Source: Caldilineaceae bacterium (GTDB taxonomy: Bacteria > Chloroflexota > Anaerolineae > Caldilineales > Caldilineaceae). Taken from it: a stretch of DNA of 64,000 bases. The stretch's first letter is position 1. Every line of letters begins with the position of its first letter. Of this stretch, positions 17,971 to 26,348 are shown in pieces. A program made the position numbers and the translations under genes. Where the stretch lies: the NCBI GenBank assembly GCA_965202955.1, contig OZ241871.1, positions 4,429,264-4,493,263 of the forward strand, given 5' to 3'. The notes below the pieces were generated by a model, which was given only the letters and a program-made list of their open reading frames with translations, searched no databases and was not told the DNA's origin.

Positions 17971-18747
17971 GTGAGAACCAATTGGGTGCGCGAGCGACTG
18001 CTCGCCGGTAAGCCGACCGCAGGCTGTTTCATGGGCATGGGCAGCCCGCTCATCGCCGAATTGCTGGCGCACGCCGGCTACGACTGGCTCTCGATTGAGA
18101 TGGAGCACAACGGGCTCGATTTTGCGGGCGTGCAGCAGATGCTGATGGCGATGAGCAGCACCGACTGCATTCCGATTGCTCGCATTCCGTCGTCCGAACC
18201 AACATACATCCAGCGCGCGCTTGACATCGGCGCGATGGGTATTCTCGTTCCCATGGTCCGCAGCGCGGCCGAGGCCGAATCGATCGTAGCCATGACGCGC
18301 TACCCGCCGGCGGGCAGGCGCAGTTTCGGCCCGCTGCGCGCCTCAAACTATACGATCGACTACGAAGGCTATTTCGCCGGTGCCAACGACAATACGCTTG
18401 TCGTCCTGATGCTGGAAACGCAGGAGGCCTTCGACGACTTCGAAGCGATCTGCGCCGTTCCGGGCGTGGACGCCGTGTACGCGGGCCGATTCGACCTCAG
18501 CCTGTCACTGGGTCTCAACCCGATGCAGGAGGACTCGATTCCACCGATCGAAGAGGCTCTCGCAAGGGCGCTGGCGATCGGTCGCGAGAACGGTGTCGCC
18601 ATGGGCTACGGCTGCGGCTCGGCCGAAGAGTTCCGTATGAGAGTAGAGCAAGGCTTTACGTTTCTGTGCTATGCAACCGACTACAATCTGCTGGCCGACA
18701 CCGCTCGCGATAGACTGTCGGCGGTGGGGGACCTTTTGCGAAAATAA
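17971..18747 (+). CDS. HpcH/HpaI-family 2-keto-3-deoxy-acid aldolase (RhmA/YfaU-like)
   Basis: The track ORF starts at 17791. I prefer GTG 17971 after AGGGGGGA. The sequence VRTNWVRERLLAGKPTAGCFMGMGSPLIAELLAHAGYDWLSIEMEHNG...IARIP...RYPPAGRRSFGP...LMLETQEA...GRFDLSLSLG is colinear with E. coli RhmA as I remember it. Confidence 0.85.
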   Translation: MRTNWVRERLLAGKPTAGCFMGMGSPLIAELLAHAGYDWLSIEMEHNGLDFAGVQQMLMAMSSTDCIPIARIPSSEPTYIQRALDIGAMGILVPMVRSAAEAESIVAMTRYPPAGRRSFGPLRASNYTIDYEGYFAGANDNTLVVLMLETQEAFDDFEAICAVPGVDAVYAGRFDLSLSLGLNPMQEDSIPPIEEALARALAIGRENGVAMGYGCGSAEEFRMRVEQGFTFLCYATDYNLLADTARDRLSAVGDLLRK

Positions 18748-18759
18748 GGAGAAAAAGCC

Positions 18760-19722
18760 ATGTCTGAATTTCAGCCTTTCAGAGATTCGACGCCGCATCT
18801 TGGCGACGGGTCGCGATTGCGCGAAACGCTGCACGACGAAGGTTATCTCTTCCTGCGCCGCCTGGTCGACCCGGAGCAGATCAAGACGGTCAAGCGGGAC
18901 ATCATGCAGATCCTGCGCGATCATCACATTATCGAAGATGATGAGACCGACGACCCGATGTGGAGCGGCGGCCCCCATCCCAGCGAAGGCGAATACATGG
19001 CCTTCTACGACAAGATCGCTCGCATGGACTCATTCGTGCAGCTGGCGGAGTCGCCTGAGATCGTCGCGCTGATGGAGGGCATCTTCGACGGGCCGGTGCA
19101 GGTGTGGACGCAGCGGCTGATCCGCGTGATGTATCCCGACCCCGACGCACCGGCCCCGATCGGTCTCGGTGCCCACCAGGACGGTAACTTCAGGTTCGGC
19201 TATCAGTCCCAGAGCTTCAACGCCTGCTGGATGCCGCTCATGGAAATCAACCAGCAGATCGGCGGCCTGGCAGTCGCGCCCGGCTCAAACATTCGCGGCG
19301 AGCTGGACCACGGCGGCGGCTCTGTGGCGAGTTCGGCCAAGGCGGTAAAAGAGAAAAAGGTGTTCGGGCTGGATGCCGAAAGTCTCAACTGGGTAACATC
19401 CGACTTCGAGCCAGGTGATGCCGTAATCTTCACCAGCCTGACCGTTCATCGCGGCATCCTAAACCGCTCCGACCGCATCCGCCTCTCCTGCGATTTTCGC
19501 TACCAGCGGGTCGACGACTCCGCCAGCTGGCTTGCGCACACGCTTGGCCCCGACATCCGGCGGGTCGCACAGAAGATCGATGAGGTCATGGCAAGCCGTG
19601 CGTTTTTTGTCACTACGCGCGCGTCAGAAGAGACAATTGCCGACGTTCGCCTGCGGATGCTCGAAGAGAAGAGCACGAGCCTTGAACGGGCGCAGGAGCT
19701 TGCGAAAGAACTGGCCGTTTGA
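18760..19722 (+). CDS. Phytanoyl-CoA dioxygenase (PhyH) family Fe(II)/2-oxoglutarate oxygenase, copy 1
   Basis: 320 aa. The facial triad is intact: GAHQDGN (HxD) and LTVHRG (distal His), followed by RIRLS. AAGGAG RBS. Confidence 0.85.
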   Translation: MSEFQPFRDSTPHLGDGSRLRETLHDEGYLFLRRLVDPEQIKTVKRDIMQILRDHHIIEDDETDDPMWSGGPHPSEGEYMAFYDKIARMDSFVQLAESPEIVALMEGIFDGPVQVWTQRLIRVMYPDPDAPAPIGLGAHQDGNFRFGYQSQSFNACWMPLMEINQQIGGLAVAPGSNIRGELDHGGGSVASSAKAVKEKKVFGLDAESLNWVTSDFEPGDAVIFTSLTVHRGILNRSDRIRLSCDFRYQRVDDSASWLAHTLGPDIRRVAQKIDEVMASRAFFVTTRASEETIADVRLRMLEEKSTSLERAQELAKELAV

Positions 19723-19744
19723 ACGGGGCCGGGCGAACCCAGAC

Positions 19745-20047
19745 ATGCTTACTGAAGGGTCGGGTCTGCTGCGGATTGCCGAGCAGGACAACGTCTTCGT
19801 TTTGATGCAGTCGCTCTCGCCCGGCGAGCGTCTTCAATTGGACGGTCGCCTGGTCATCTGTGAATCTCCGCTGGGAATGGGCCATAAGATCGCTGCGCGC
19901 GATATCGCCGCGGGTGAGAAGATCATCAAATACGGCGCGCCGATTGGGTCGGCGGTACGCGATATCAGGTTGGGCGAGCACGTTCACCTGCACAATATTC
20001 AGAGCGACTACATTCCCACCTACACGCTGGATCGCGACGCAGGGTGA
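19745..20047 (+). CDS. UxaA-family dehydratase small subunit (SAF domain)
   Basis: The track ORF 19532-20047 is over-extended. ATG 19745 gives MLTEGSGLLRIAEQDNVFVLMQSLSPGERLQLDGRLVICESPLGMGHKIAARDIAAGEKIIKYGAPIG, the typical N-terminal SAF module of altronate/galactarate dehydratases. Confidence 0.8.
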   Translation: MLTEGSGLLRIAEQDNVFVLMQSLSPGERLQLDGRLVICESPLGMGHKIAARDIAAGEKIIKYGAPIGSAVRDIRLGEHVHLHNIQSDYIPTYTLDRDAG

Positions 20048-21276
20048 CGTCCATGAGCCGGTCGCCGCAGCCGTCCTCATCTGAATTTCAGGGTTACCTT
20101 CGCTGGGACGGGCGCAAGGGCATCCGCAACACGGTCCTGGTCGCCTACCTTGTCGAGTGCGCCCACCACGTCGCGCGCGAGATCGTCTATCCTTTCCGAA
20201 CACAGGGCGTTCACCTGATCGGATTCAGCGGCTGCTATCCCAACGAGTACGCCTTCGACATGATGTCGCGCCTCTGTTGCCATCCCAATGTGGGTGGCGC
20301 GCTCCTGCTCTCACTGGGATGCGAGAGCTTCGATCGCAGCGGGCTGGCCCAGCGTATCGAAGCGAGCGGCAGGCCGGTCGCCACTTTGGTCATCCAGGAG
20401 CAGGGTGGGACTTTGTCGACGATCGAGAAAGGCCAGGCGTGGCTTGGGCAGACGCTCGCCGGATTAAAGGAGAGTACCGAGCGCGTGCCGATGGGCGTGG
20501 AGGAGCTGGTTGTGGGCGCGATATGCGGCGGCTCCGACGCCACCAGCGGCATCACGGCAAACCCGGCAATTGGGCGTTGCTTCGACCTGCTGGTCGAGCA
20601 CGATGCCGGCGCCATCTTCGAGGAGGGTGGCGAGTTGATCGGCTGCGAGCAGATCATGGCCGAGCGGGCCGTGACACCGGACCTGGCCGCAGAAATCCTT
20701 TCGACGATGGAAAAGACCGCGCGCTACTACACGACTTTGGGGCACGGCAGCTTCGCGGTGGGAAACGCGGAGGGTGGGCTGACCACAGTCGAGGAAAAGT
20801 CGATGGGCGCCTACGCCAAGAGCGGCTCCTCGCCGATACAGGGCCTGATCAAGCCTGGCGACGTGCCGCCAGCGGGAGGCCTGTACCTGATGGACGTTGT
20901 CCCGGACGGCGAGGTGCGGTTCGGCTTCCCCAATATCAACGACACGGTCGAAATCGCCGAGATGATCGCGTGCGGCGCGCACATGACTCTCTTTTCCACG
21001 GGACGCGGCTCAGTGGTTGGGTCTGCGATCTCGCCTGTGATCAAGGTCTGCGCCAATCCGGAGACCTACCGGCGCATGGGCGGTGACATGGACGTGGACG
21101 CGGGGCGGATTCTCGAAGGGCGCGCCACCCTCGACGAGGTCGGACATGAGATCTTCGCGCAGGTGCTGGACGTTGCAGCAGGCGCGCTGACTAAGTCCGA
21201 ACGCCTGGGTCACCAGGAGTTCGCGCTGACCTACAAGACGTTTGAGCCGATCGGTCCGGCCTGCCTTCCTCTATAG
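20044..21276 (+). CDS. UxaA-family (altronate/galactarate-type) dehydratase large subunit
   Basis: 410 aa: FQGYLRWDGRKGIRNTVLVAYLVECAHHVAREI...LSLGCESFD...ICGGSDATSGITANP...FSTGRGS. GTG 20044 overlaps the small-subunit stop (GTGA). ATG 20053 is an alternative start. Confidence 0.85.
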   Translation: MTSMSRSPQPSSSEFQGYLRWDGRKGIRNTVLVAYLVECAHHVAREIVYPFRTQGVHLIGFSGCYPNEYAFDMMSRLCCHPNVGGALLLSLGCESFDRSGLAQRIEASGRPVATLVIQEQGGTLSTIEKGQAWLGQTLAGLKESTERVPMGVEELVVGAICGGSDATSGITANPAIGRCFDLLVEHDAGAIFEEGGELIGCEQIMAERAVTPDLAAEILSTMEKTARYYTTLGHGSFAVGNAEGGLTTVEEKSMGAYAKSGSSPIQGLIKPGDVPPAGGLYLMDVVPDGEVRFGFPNINDTVEIAEMIACGAHMTLFSTGRGSVVGSAISPVIKVCANPETYRRMGGDMDVDAGRILEGRATLDEVGHEIFAQVLDVAAGALTKSERLGHQEFALTYKTFEPIGPACLPL

Positions 21277-21492
21277 TCTCCGCTTTGGCCTCCCGATTCT
21301 ACCCAAAGGAACCGGATTCCGCCTGCCGAGATTTCGCATCGGCGGCGAAGAGTTTTAGACTTATCTGGTTGCAGGCAACCTGCCTACGCGCCAGCCGCTT
21401 GGCGGCCTGAACTGTAGGCCGCTGCCCCGGGCGAACGGTAGTAGATGCTCGCAGACTGGCGATTGAAACGGGAGCGGGAGAGAAGCACTGAC

Positions 21493-22488
21493 ATGACTGC
21501 AGAAACCGGATTCGGCGGACAACCGGCTGATACAGCCGACGGTTCCGGCACGGAGGCATCGAAGCAGACCGGGCGCGGGCGAAGTTGGAAGGAGTATATC
21601 GGGCTGGCCGCGCGCGGCTTCGCGATGGGCTGTGCCGATGTGGTACCGGGCGTTTCCGGCGGCACGATGGCGTTCATTCTTGGCATCTACGAGGAGCTGG
21701 TGATGAGCATTCGCGCCGGCGCCCGGGGGCCCTTCTGGCGCGCCCTGACCAGGTTCGACATTGGAGCTGCGCTGGCAGCAGTGAACGCGCCGTTTCTGGC
21801 CGCAGTCCTCGCCGGCATCGCCATCGCCGTCGTGACCCTGGCTCCCGGATTGGAGTGGCTTTTTGAGCACCGGCCTGTGCTGCTGTGGAGCTTCTTTTTC
21901 GGGCTTGTGCTCGCTTCGATCGTCACAGTGCGCAAGCGAATTGAACGCTGGACTCTTCCGCTTTTCGCGGCGCTGGCCGCGGGGGCGGTGGGCGCCTACT
22001 TTTTGGTGGGGGCGGTGCCTGTGCAGACGCCCGAAGCGGCCTGGTTCCTCTTCCTCAGCGGCATGCTCGCCATCTGCGCGATGATTCTGCCGGGCATATC
22101 AGGCTCGTTTATCCTGGTGCTGCTGGGAAAGTACCAGTTCGTGCTTGCGGCGGTCAACCAGCGGGATGTTGTCAGTCTCGGTATCGTCGCTCTGGGCGCG
22201 CTCGTTGGCATCGTATCATTCGCCCAGGTGCTTGCGTGGCTGTTCAAGCGCTTCCATGACGTCACTGTGGCGCTCCTCATCGGCCTGATGGCCGGCAGCC
22301 TGCGCAAGGTCTGGCCGTGGAAGGAGACGGTCGCCTCGATCGTCGACCGGCACGGTGAGATCCTTCCTACCGTCCAGGTCAACCAACTGCCTACCGCCTG
22401 GACAGGCGAGCTGTTCGCCGCCTTCGGACTGGCGCTGACCGGCTTTGCGATCGTTATCGTGCTGGAACGGATCAGCCGTTCGCAATGA
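21493..22488 (+). CDS. DUF368 family membrane protein (family reported as the undecaprenyl-phosphate translocase PopT)
   Basis: GFAMGCADVVPGVSGGTMAFILGIYEELV, with a second-half repeat MILPGISGSFILVLLGKY. Multi-TM. The start is uncertain: ATG 21493 after GGGAGAGAAG, or ATG 21445. Confidence 0.85.
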   Translation: MTAETGFGGQPADTADGSGTEASKQTGRGRSWKEYIGLAARGFAMGCADVVPGVSGGTMAFILGIYEELVMSIRAGARGPFWRALTRFDIGAALAAVNAPFLAAVLAGIAIAVVTLAPGLEWLFEHRPVLLWSFFFGLVLASIVTVRKRIERWTLPLFAALAAGAVGAYFLVGAVPVQTPEAAWFLFLSGMLAICAMILPGISGSFILVLLGKYQFVLAAVNQRDVVSLGIVALGALVGIVSFAQVLAWLFKRFHDVTVALLIGLMAGSLRKVWPWKETVASIVDRHGEILPTVQVNQLPTAWTGELFAAFGLALTGFAIVIVLERISRSQ

Positions 22489-22532
22489 CGGGACAAAGCC
22501 CAGGCCAGGGTACAGTATAGCCCCAACGCCGG

Positions 22533-23861
22533 CTATGTTCCGGTTGGCATAGAGAGCGGGCGCTCAGCATCAACCAGCTGCGAGGCCGTTCTGCGCGGCT
22601 CCTTCACCCACAAGATCATCAAACACAGGGCGACGAACGCAAACGCCAGCGAGATTCTGAACATCGCGGCGTAGCCGAGCGCGCCGGCAAGCCATCCGCC
22701 GAAGATGGGCGCGCAGATCAGCATCGGCGCGAGCAGCGTGTTGGTGAGTCCTACGTAGGTTGGCCGGCTCTCAGGCGTGCTGAACTCGAGGATGATGTTG
22801 AGCGCCGACGTGTGGTCGGCCGCCAGGAAGGCGCCGAGGAAGACGAAGGTGAGGAGCAGCCCGAGGGGAACGGGGCCGCCGCTGTTCGGCGCGCCCGGGG
22901 CCCCAGCCGCGCCGACAAACAGCGCGTTGAGGGGAGCGAGCACGATGAAAGCCGCGGCCGCGGTCAGCACGGTCTTGTGGCCCACACGGTCGGCCAGCAT
23001 GCCCCAAAGGGGATTCAGCACAGCCTGCGCCCCCACGAGGACGGCTGTCAGCAGACCGATGCCGCGCCCGTCGAGGGCGAATAGCTCTGCACCGTACACG
23101 GCGAAGAAGCCTGCGCTCATTCCCCCCAGATTCACAAAAGACTTGCTGATCAGGTAACGGCGGAAGTTGTGATCCTGCTTGAGTACGGTGCCGACGCTGC
23201 GCAGGTAACGAAACAGAGGGACGGCCTCTTTCGTCATGTCGCTGGGCGGCTCGCGCGTGAGCGCCAGTCCTGCCCAGGAAAAGAGCATGATGACAAATGC
23301 GGCGAAAAAGAGGAGCGCGTAGTTGCCGGGAAAGGCGTAGCTGACCAGGACCCGGCCCACGAACCAGGCGCCGAGCACCCCCAAGAGCAGGCCGAGTCCG
23401 TGCCCGAGGCCGAGCCAGATGCCGCGGCGGCGCGTTGGGATCACCTTTGCGATCATGTCCATCCAGGCCGGGGTGGCCACGCCCGCGCCGGTTGACGCTA
23501 AGGCCATTCCCAGCAGCAGGGCAATCAGTGCAGCCGCCGGGGCTGTAACCGCAAAGGCGAGGACGGCAAGCCCGATTAGGAGGTAGGGCAGCCGCTCGAC
23601 CGCGAGCGAGATGTACATGATGAACGGCTTCTTGTACACCATGCGCTCGGCCAAGCTGGCTGTCAGGAGCTGCGGCAAGTAGATGCCGAGGCTCCACATC
23701 GCCGGCACAAGGCCGATCGCCAGTTTGGAGTCTGTGAGCTGGCTGACGAGGACGGGAATGACTGTCTCGCGCGAGATGAGACTGAAGCCCAACGTGATGA
23801 AGGTAACGTCCCACAGATTGACGGAGAAGTTCCAGGCGTTTGTGTTGTCAGCGCGGGCCAT
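22533..23861 (-). CDS. MFS transporter
   Basis: 442 aa with about 12 hydrophobic segments in a 6+6 arrangement around a central loop. Its start overlaps the upstream PhyH stop by 14 nt. Confidence 0.85.
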   Translation of the reverse strand: MARADNTNAWNFSVNLWDVTFITLGFSLISRETVIPVLVSQLTDSKLAIGLVPAMWSLGIYLPQLLTASLAERMVYKKPFIMYISLAVERLPYLLIGLAVLAFAVTAPAAALIALLLGMALASTGAGVATPAWMDMIAKVIPTRRRGIWLGLGHGLGLLLGVLGAWFVGRVLVSYAFPGNYALLFFAAFVIMLFSWAGLALTREPPSDMTKEAVPLFRYLRSVGTVLKQDHNFRRYLISKSFVNLGGMSAGFFAVYGAELFALDGRGIGLLTAVLVGAQAVLNPLWGMLADRVGHKTVLTAAAAFIVLAPLNALFVGAAGAPGAPNSGGPVPLGLLLTFVFLGAFLAADHTSALNIILEFSTPESRPTYVGLTNTLLAPMLICAPIFGGWLAGALGYAAMFRISLAFAFVALCLMILWVKEPRRTASQLVDAERPLSMPTGT

Positions 23862-24783
23862 CGGCTTCGGCCCCGTCCGGGTCGGCGAAAGGGCGGAATC
23901 CGCGCACCATCAATCCCTGTGGTTCATTCTCGCGGCGGGCCTGCTGTGCCTTTTTCTCAGCCTCGGCGCGATTGGCGGTCGTGGTCGCCCTGATGATGGC
24001 GTAGTCGTCAGGGCGCCGGTAGCGGTTGATGAAGATGGGTCGGGGCGTATCGGAGTGGTTCTGCTTGGAGCCGTGGATTGTTTTGACGTTGAAGAAGATC
24101 GAGTCGCCGGCCTGTCCGACAACAGGCAGCGCCGCTTCCCAGGGCCATTCGTCCTCGTCCAGGCCCAGGTGTGAAAAGGTATCGACGTGCCGCAGCTGGC
24201 CGAACTTGTGCGAGCCGGGGACGACGTGCACGGCACCGTTGACCAGGTCGGTGTCTACCACGTAGGAGAGAATCGCGACCGGCCCTTCATAGCGGTGCTC
24301 GAAATAGGCCGAGTCCTGGTGCAGATGTTTGGGATGTCCGCCGACAGGCTCTTTGACCAGCGACTGGCCGTTGCCAAACAGCTCGATGTTCGGGCCGAGG
24401 ACCGCTTCCAGAATGTCGAGGGCGACCGGATCGGTAGCGGCGCGCAGGAAGGCGGCGCTGGTCTGGTAGCTGATGCCGACTGTCATGATCTGCTTGTCGC
24501 GCTTGTAACCTTGCGGCGCGGGAATGAAGAGCGACCCGTTCGGCGAGACCCAGCCTTCGGGTCTTCTCTCGGCCCGGTCGAGCAGCGCGACCGCCTGATC
24601 CACGGTGGCGGCGATATCCTGCGCCATCTCTGCGATGTAAGGTTGCATCAGCCCGCGCACGACGAGGCAGCCGTGCTCGCGGTAGATTGCGGCCGCGCGG
24701 TCGATCTCCAGATTCTCGGCCATCACCGACAGTTCGTCGACGGTAACTTGGGGCTCAAGTAGACGCGATTCCATGGCTACCAT
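23848..24783 (-). CDS. PhyH family Fe(II)/2-oxoglutarate oxygenase, copy 2
   Basis: 311 aa. HLHQDSAYFEH (HxD), TIHGSKQN (distal His), then RPIFINRYRR. Confidence 0.85.
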   Translation of the reverse strand: MVAMESRLLEPQVTVDELSVMAENLEIDRAAAIYREHGCLVVRGLMQPYIAEMAQDIAATVDQAVALLDRAERRPEGWVSPNGSLFIPAPQGYKRDKQIMTVGISYQTSAAFLRAATDPVALDILEAVLGPNIELFGNGQSLVKEPVGGHPKHLHQDSAYFEHRYEGPVAILSYVVDTDLVNGAVHVVPGSHKFGQLRHVDTFSHLGLDEDEWPWEAALPVVGQAGDSIFFNVKTIHGSKQNHSDTPRPIFINRYRRPDDYAIIRATTTANRAEAEKKAQQARRENEPQGLMVRGFRPFADPDGAEADGPR

Positions 24784-24853
24784 TTAACTGACGGGACCAG
24801 CGATGTGGACTGGTATGGGGAATAGGCGTTGCCCAAATTTCGCATAGTTAAGT

Positions 24854-26251
24854 TCAAAACAGATTCTCGGATGTCGTAGTCGGACACCAGCGATGAACGC
24901 TGAGATAGTCGAACGCGATCTCGAGCGCGTCGGTTGTGCCGATCCGACGCAGGGCGTCGACGGAATTGGCGCGTACGTAACGGTTCTCGTCACGCAGCGC
25001 CGCTTTCAGCGCGGGGACGGCGCCGGCGGCGCGGCTGCCCAGCCGCTGGAGCGAGAGAGCGCTTGTGAAGCGCGCCTGCCCGTCCTCGTCGTTAAGGCCG
25101 CCAACGAGCGCGGGCAGAATAACGTCGGCAGGTTCTTTGAGCAGCCCGAGCGCTTCGACCGCCGCGCGCCGCACCTGCACCGAGGGGTCGGCTGCCGCGC
25201 CGGCCACCGCTTCAGCAGACCCCGAACCGCCGTCTCCCAGTTCGCCCAGTGCGAAGACGGCGTGCATGCGCGCCTCCTCGCTCTCATGGCCGACGGTGTC
25301 GAGCAGAGCGCTCTGGGCGGCCAAGCCGATGGCACTCAGGCCGTAGCCGGCATTGCGGGCGGCGGTAGCATTCCCGCTGGTGAGCGAGGCGGTAAGCGCG
25401 GGAATTGCGTCGTCGGTGTGGGTAGCCAGGCGATAGGCCGCGTCGACGCCGGTCGGCTCATATTTTGAGGCCAACTGCTCGCCCAGAGCTGCGACCTCGC
25501 CTACATCATTAGGCCGGCCATTGCCATTGGACGCGCCGTCCGCCTCGCCGCGATGCCAGTGCCACTGCTGCGCCCAGAGGACATTGTGATCGACGGGTGC
25601 GTCTTCGACCTCCAGCCAGTCGTCGCGCCGGCTGTCCCATGCTGGTTTTGTGGGCGCATCCATGCGCACGAACTGGAACTTCATCATGGCTCGGCTTTTC
25701 TGCGAGACATTGGCGCCGCCGCGGTGCCACAGGTCGTAGTGGATGAGGGCGAAGGTACCTTCCGGCCCCTTCATAAAGACCGGCTGCTCGGTGTCGTCAC
25801 CGGCCCGTTTCGCGTAGTATTGAGAACCACGGAGGACTCCCGAAGGCCCCATCTCCTCATCGACCGCCTGCGGGTAGTAGAAGATCATCGCCCACCAATT
25901 GTGGTGGTTGCGGACCTTCTGATGTCCCCAATAGCTGTCCTTGTGCCAGTGCTGGACCTTGCGGCCGGGGTAAGTAAAGTGGCAGTGGCGATGGGGATGG
26001 ACCATATAGTTGTCGCCCAGCACGCTGGAAAGACCCCCGTGCACGGCGGGGTCCTCGAGAATGTCGTTGATTTCGCTCAAGCGGGGCAGCAGGTTGTTGC
26101 CCGGATTGCCTTCCTTTTCCATCACCTCGTTGAGATTGGCGTTGAGCGATTCGTAGAACTCTTTCGGAAGTTCCGTACGCAGGATCACATAGCCGCGCGA
26201 GATGAACTGGCGCATCTGTTCGTCGGTCAGAAGATGGCTCGATTCGCTCAT
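24854..26251 (-). CDS. PhyH-family oxygenase domain fused to a C-terminal HEAT/PBS-lyase-type repeat domain, copy 3
   Basis: N-terminal ~235 aa: HWHKDSYW (HxD), YDLWHRGGAN (distal His), RAMMKFQF. C-terminal ~200 aa: repeated units of the kind VRRAAVEALGLL...ALVGGLNDEDGQARFTSALSLQRLG...ALKAALRDENRYVRANSVDALRRIG. Confidence 0.8.
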   Translation of the reverse strand: MSESSHLLTDEQMRQFISRGYVILRTELPKEFYESLNANLNEVMEKEGNPGNNLLPRLSEINDILEDPAVHGGLSSVLGDNYMVHPHRHCHFTYPGRKVQHWHKDSYWGHQKVRNHHNWWAMIFYYPQAVDEEMGPSGVLRGSQYYAKRAGDDTEQPVFMKGPEGTFALIHYDLWHRGGANVSQKSRAMMKFQFVRMDAPTKPAWDSRRDDWLEVEDAPVDHNVLWAQQWHWHRGEADGASNGNGRPNDVGEVAALGEQLASKYEPTGVDAAYRLATHTDDAIPALTASLTSGNATAARNAGYGLSAIGLAAQSALLDTVGHESEEARMHAVFALGELGDGGSGSAEAVAGAAADPSVQVRRAAVEALGLLKEPADVILPALVGGLNDEDGQARFTSALSLQRLGSRAAGAVPALKAALRDENRYVRANSVDALRRIGTTDALEIAFDYLSVHRWCPTTTSENLF

Positions 26252-26348
26252 TTGAGTTTCCTTCCAGGTGGACTGCGTCCTATAGGCAGGCTCGTCAGCC
26301 CCAAGAATCAGATCGAACTCTCGCGGCCGGTTTTTTCCATACGGCCCG

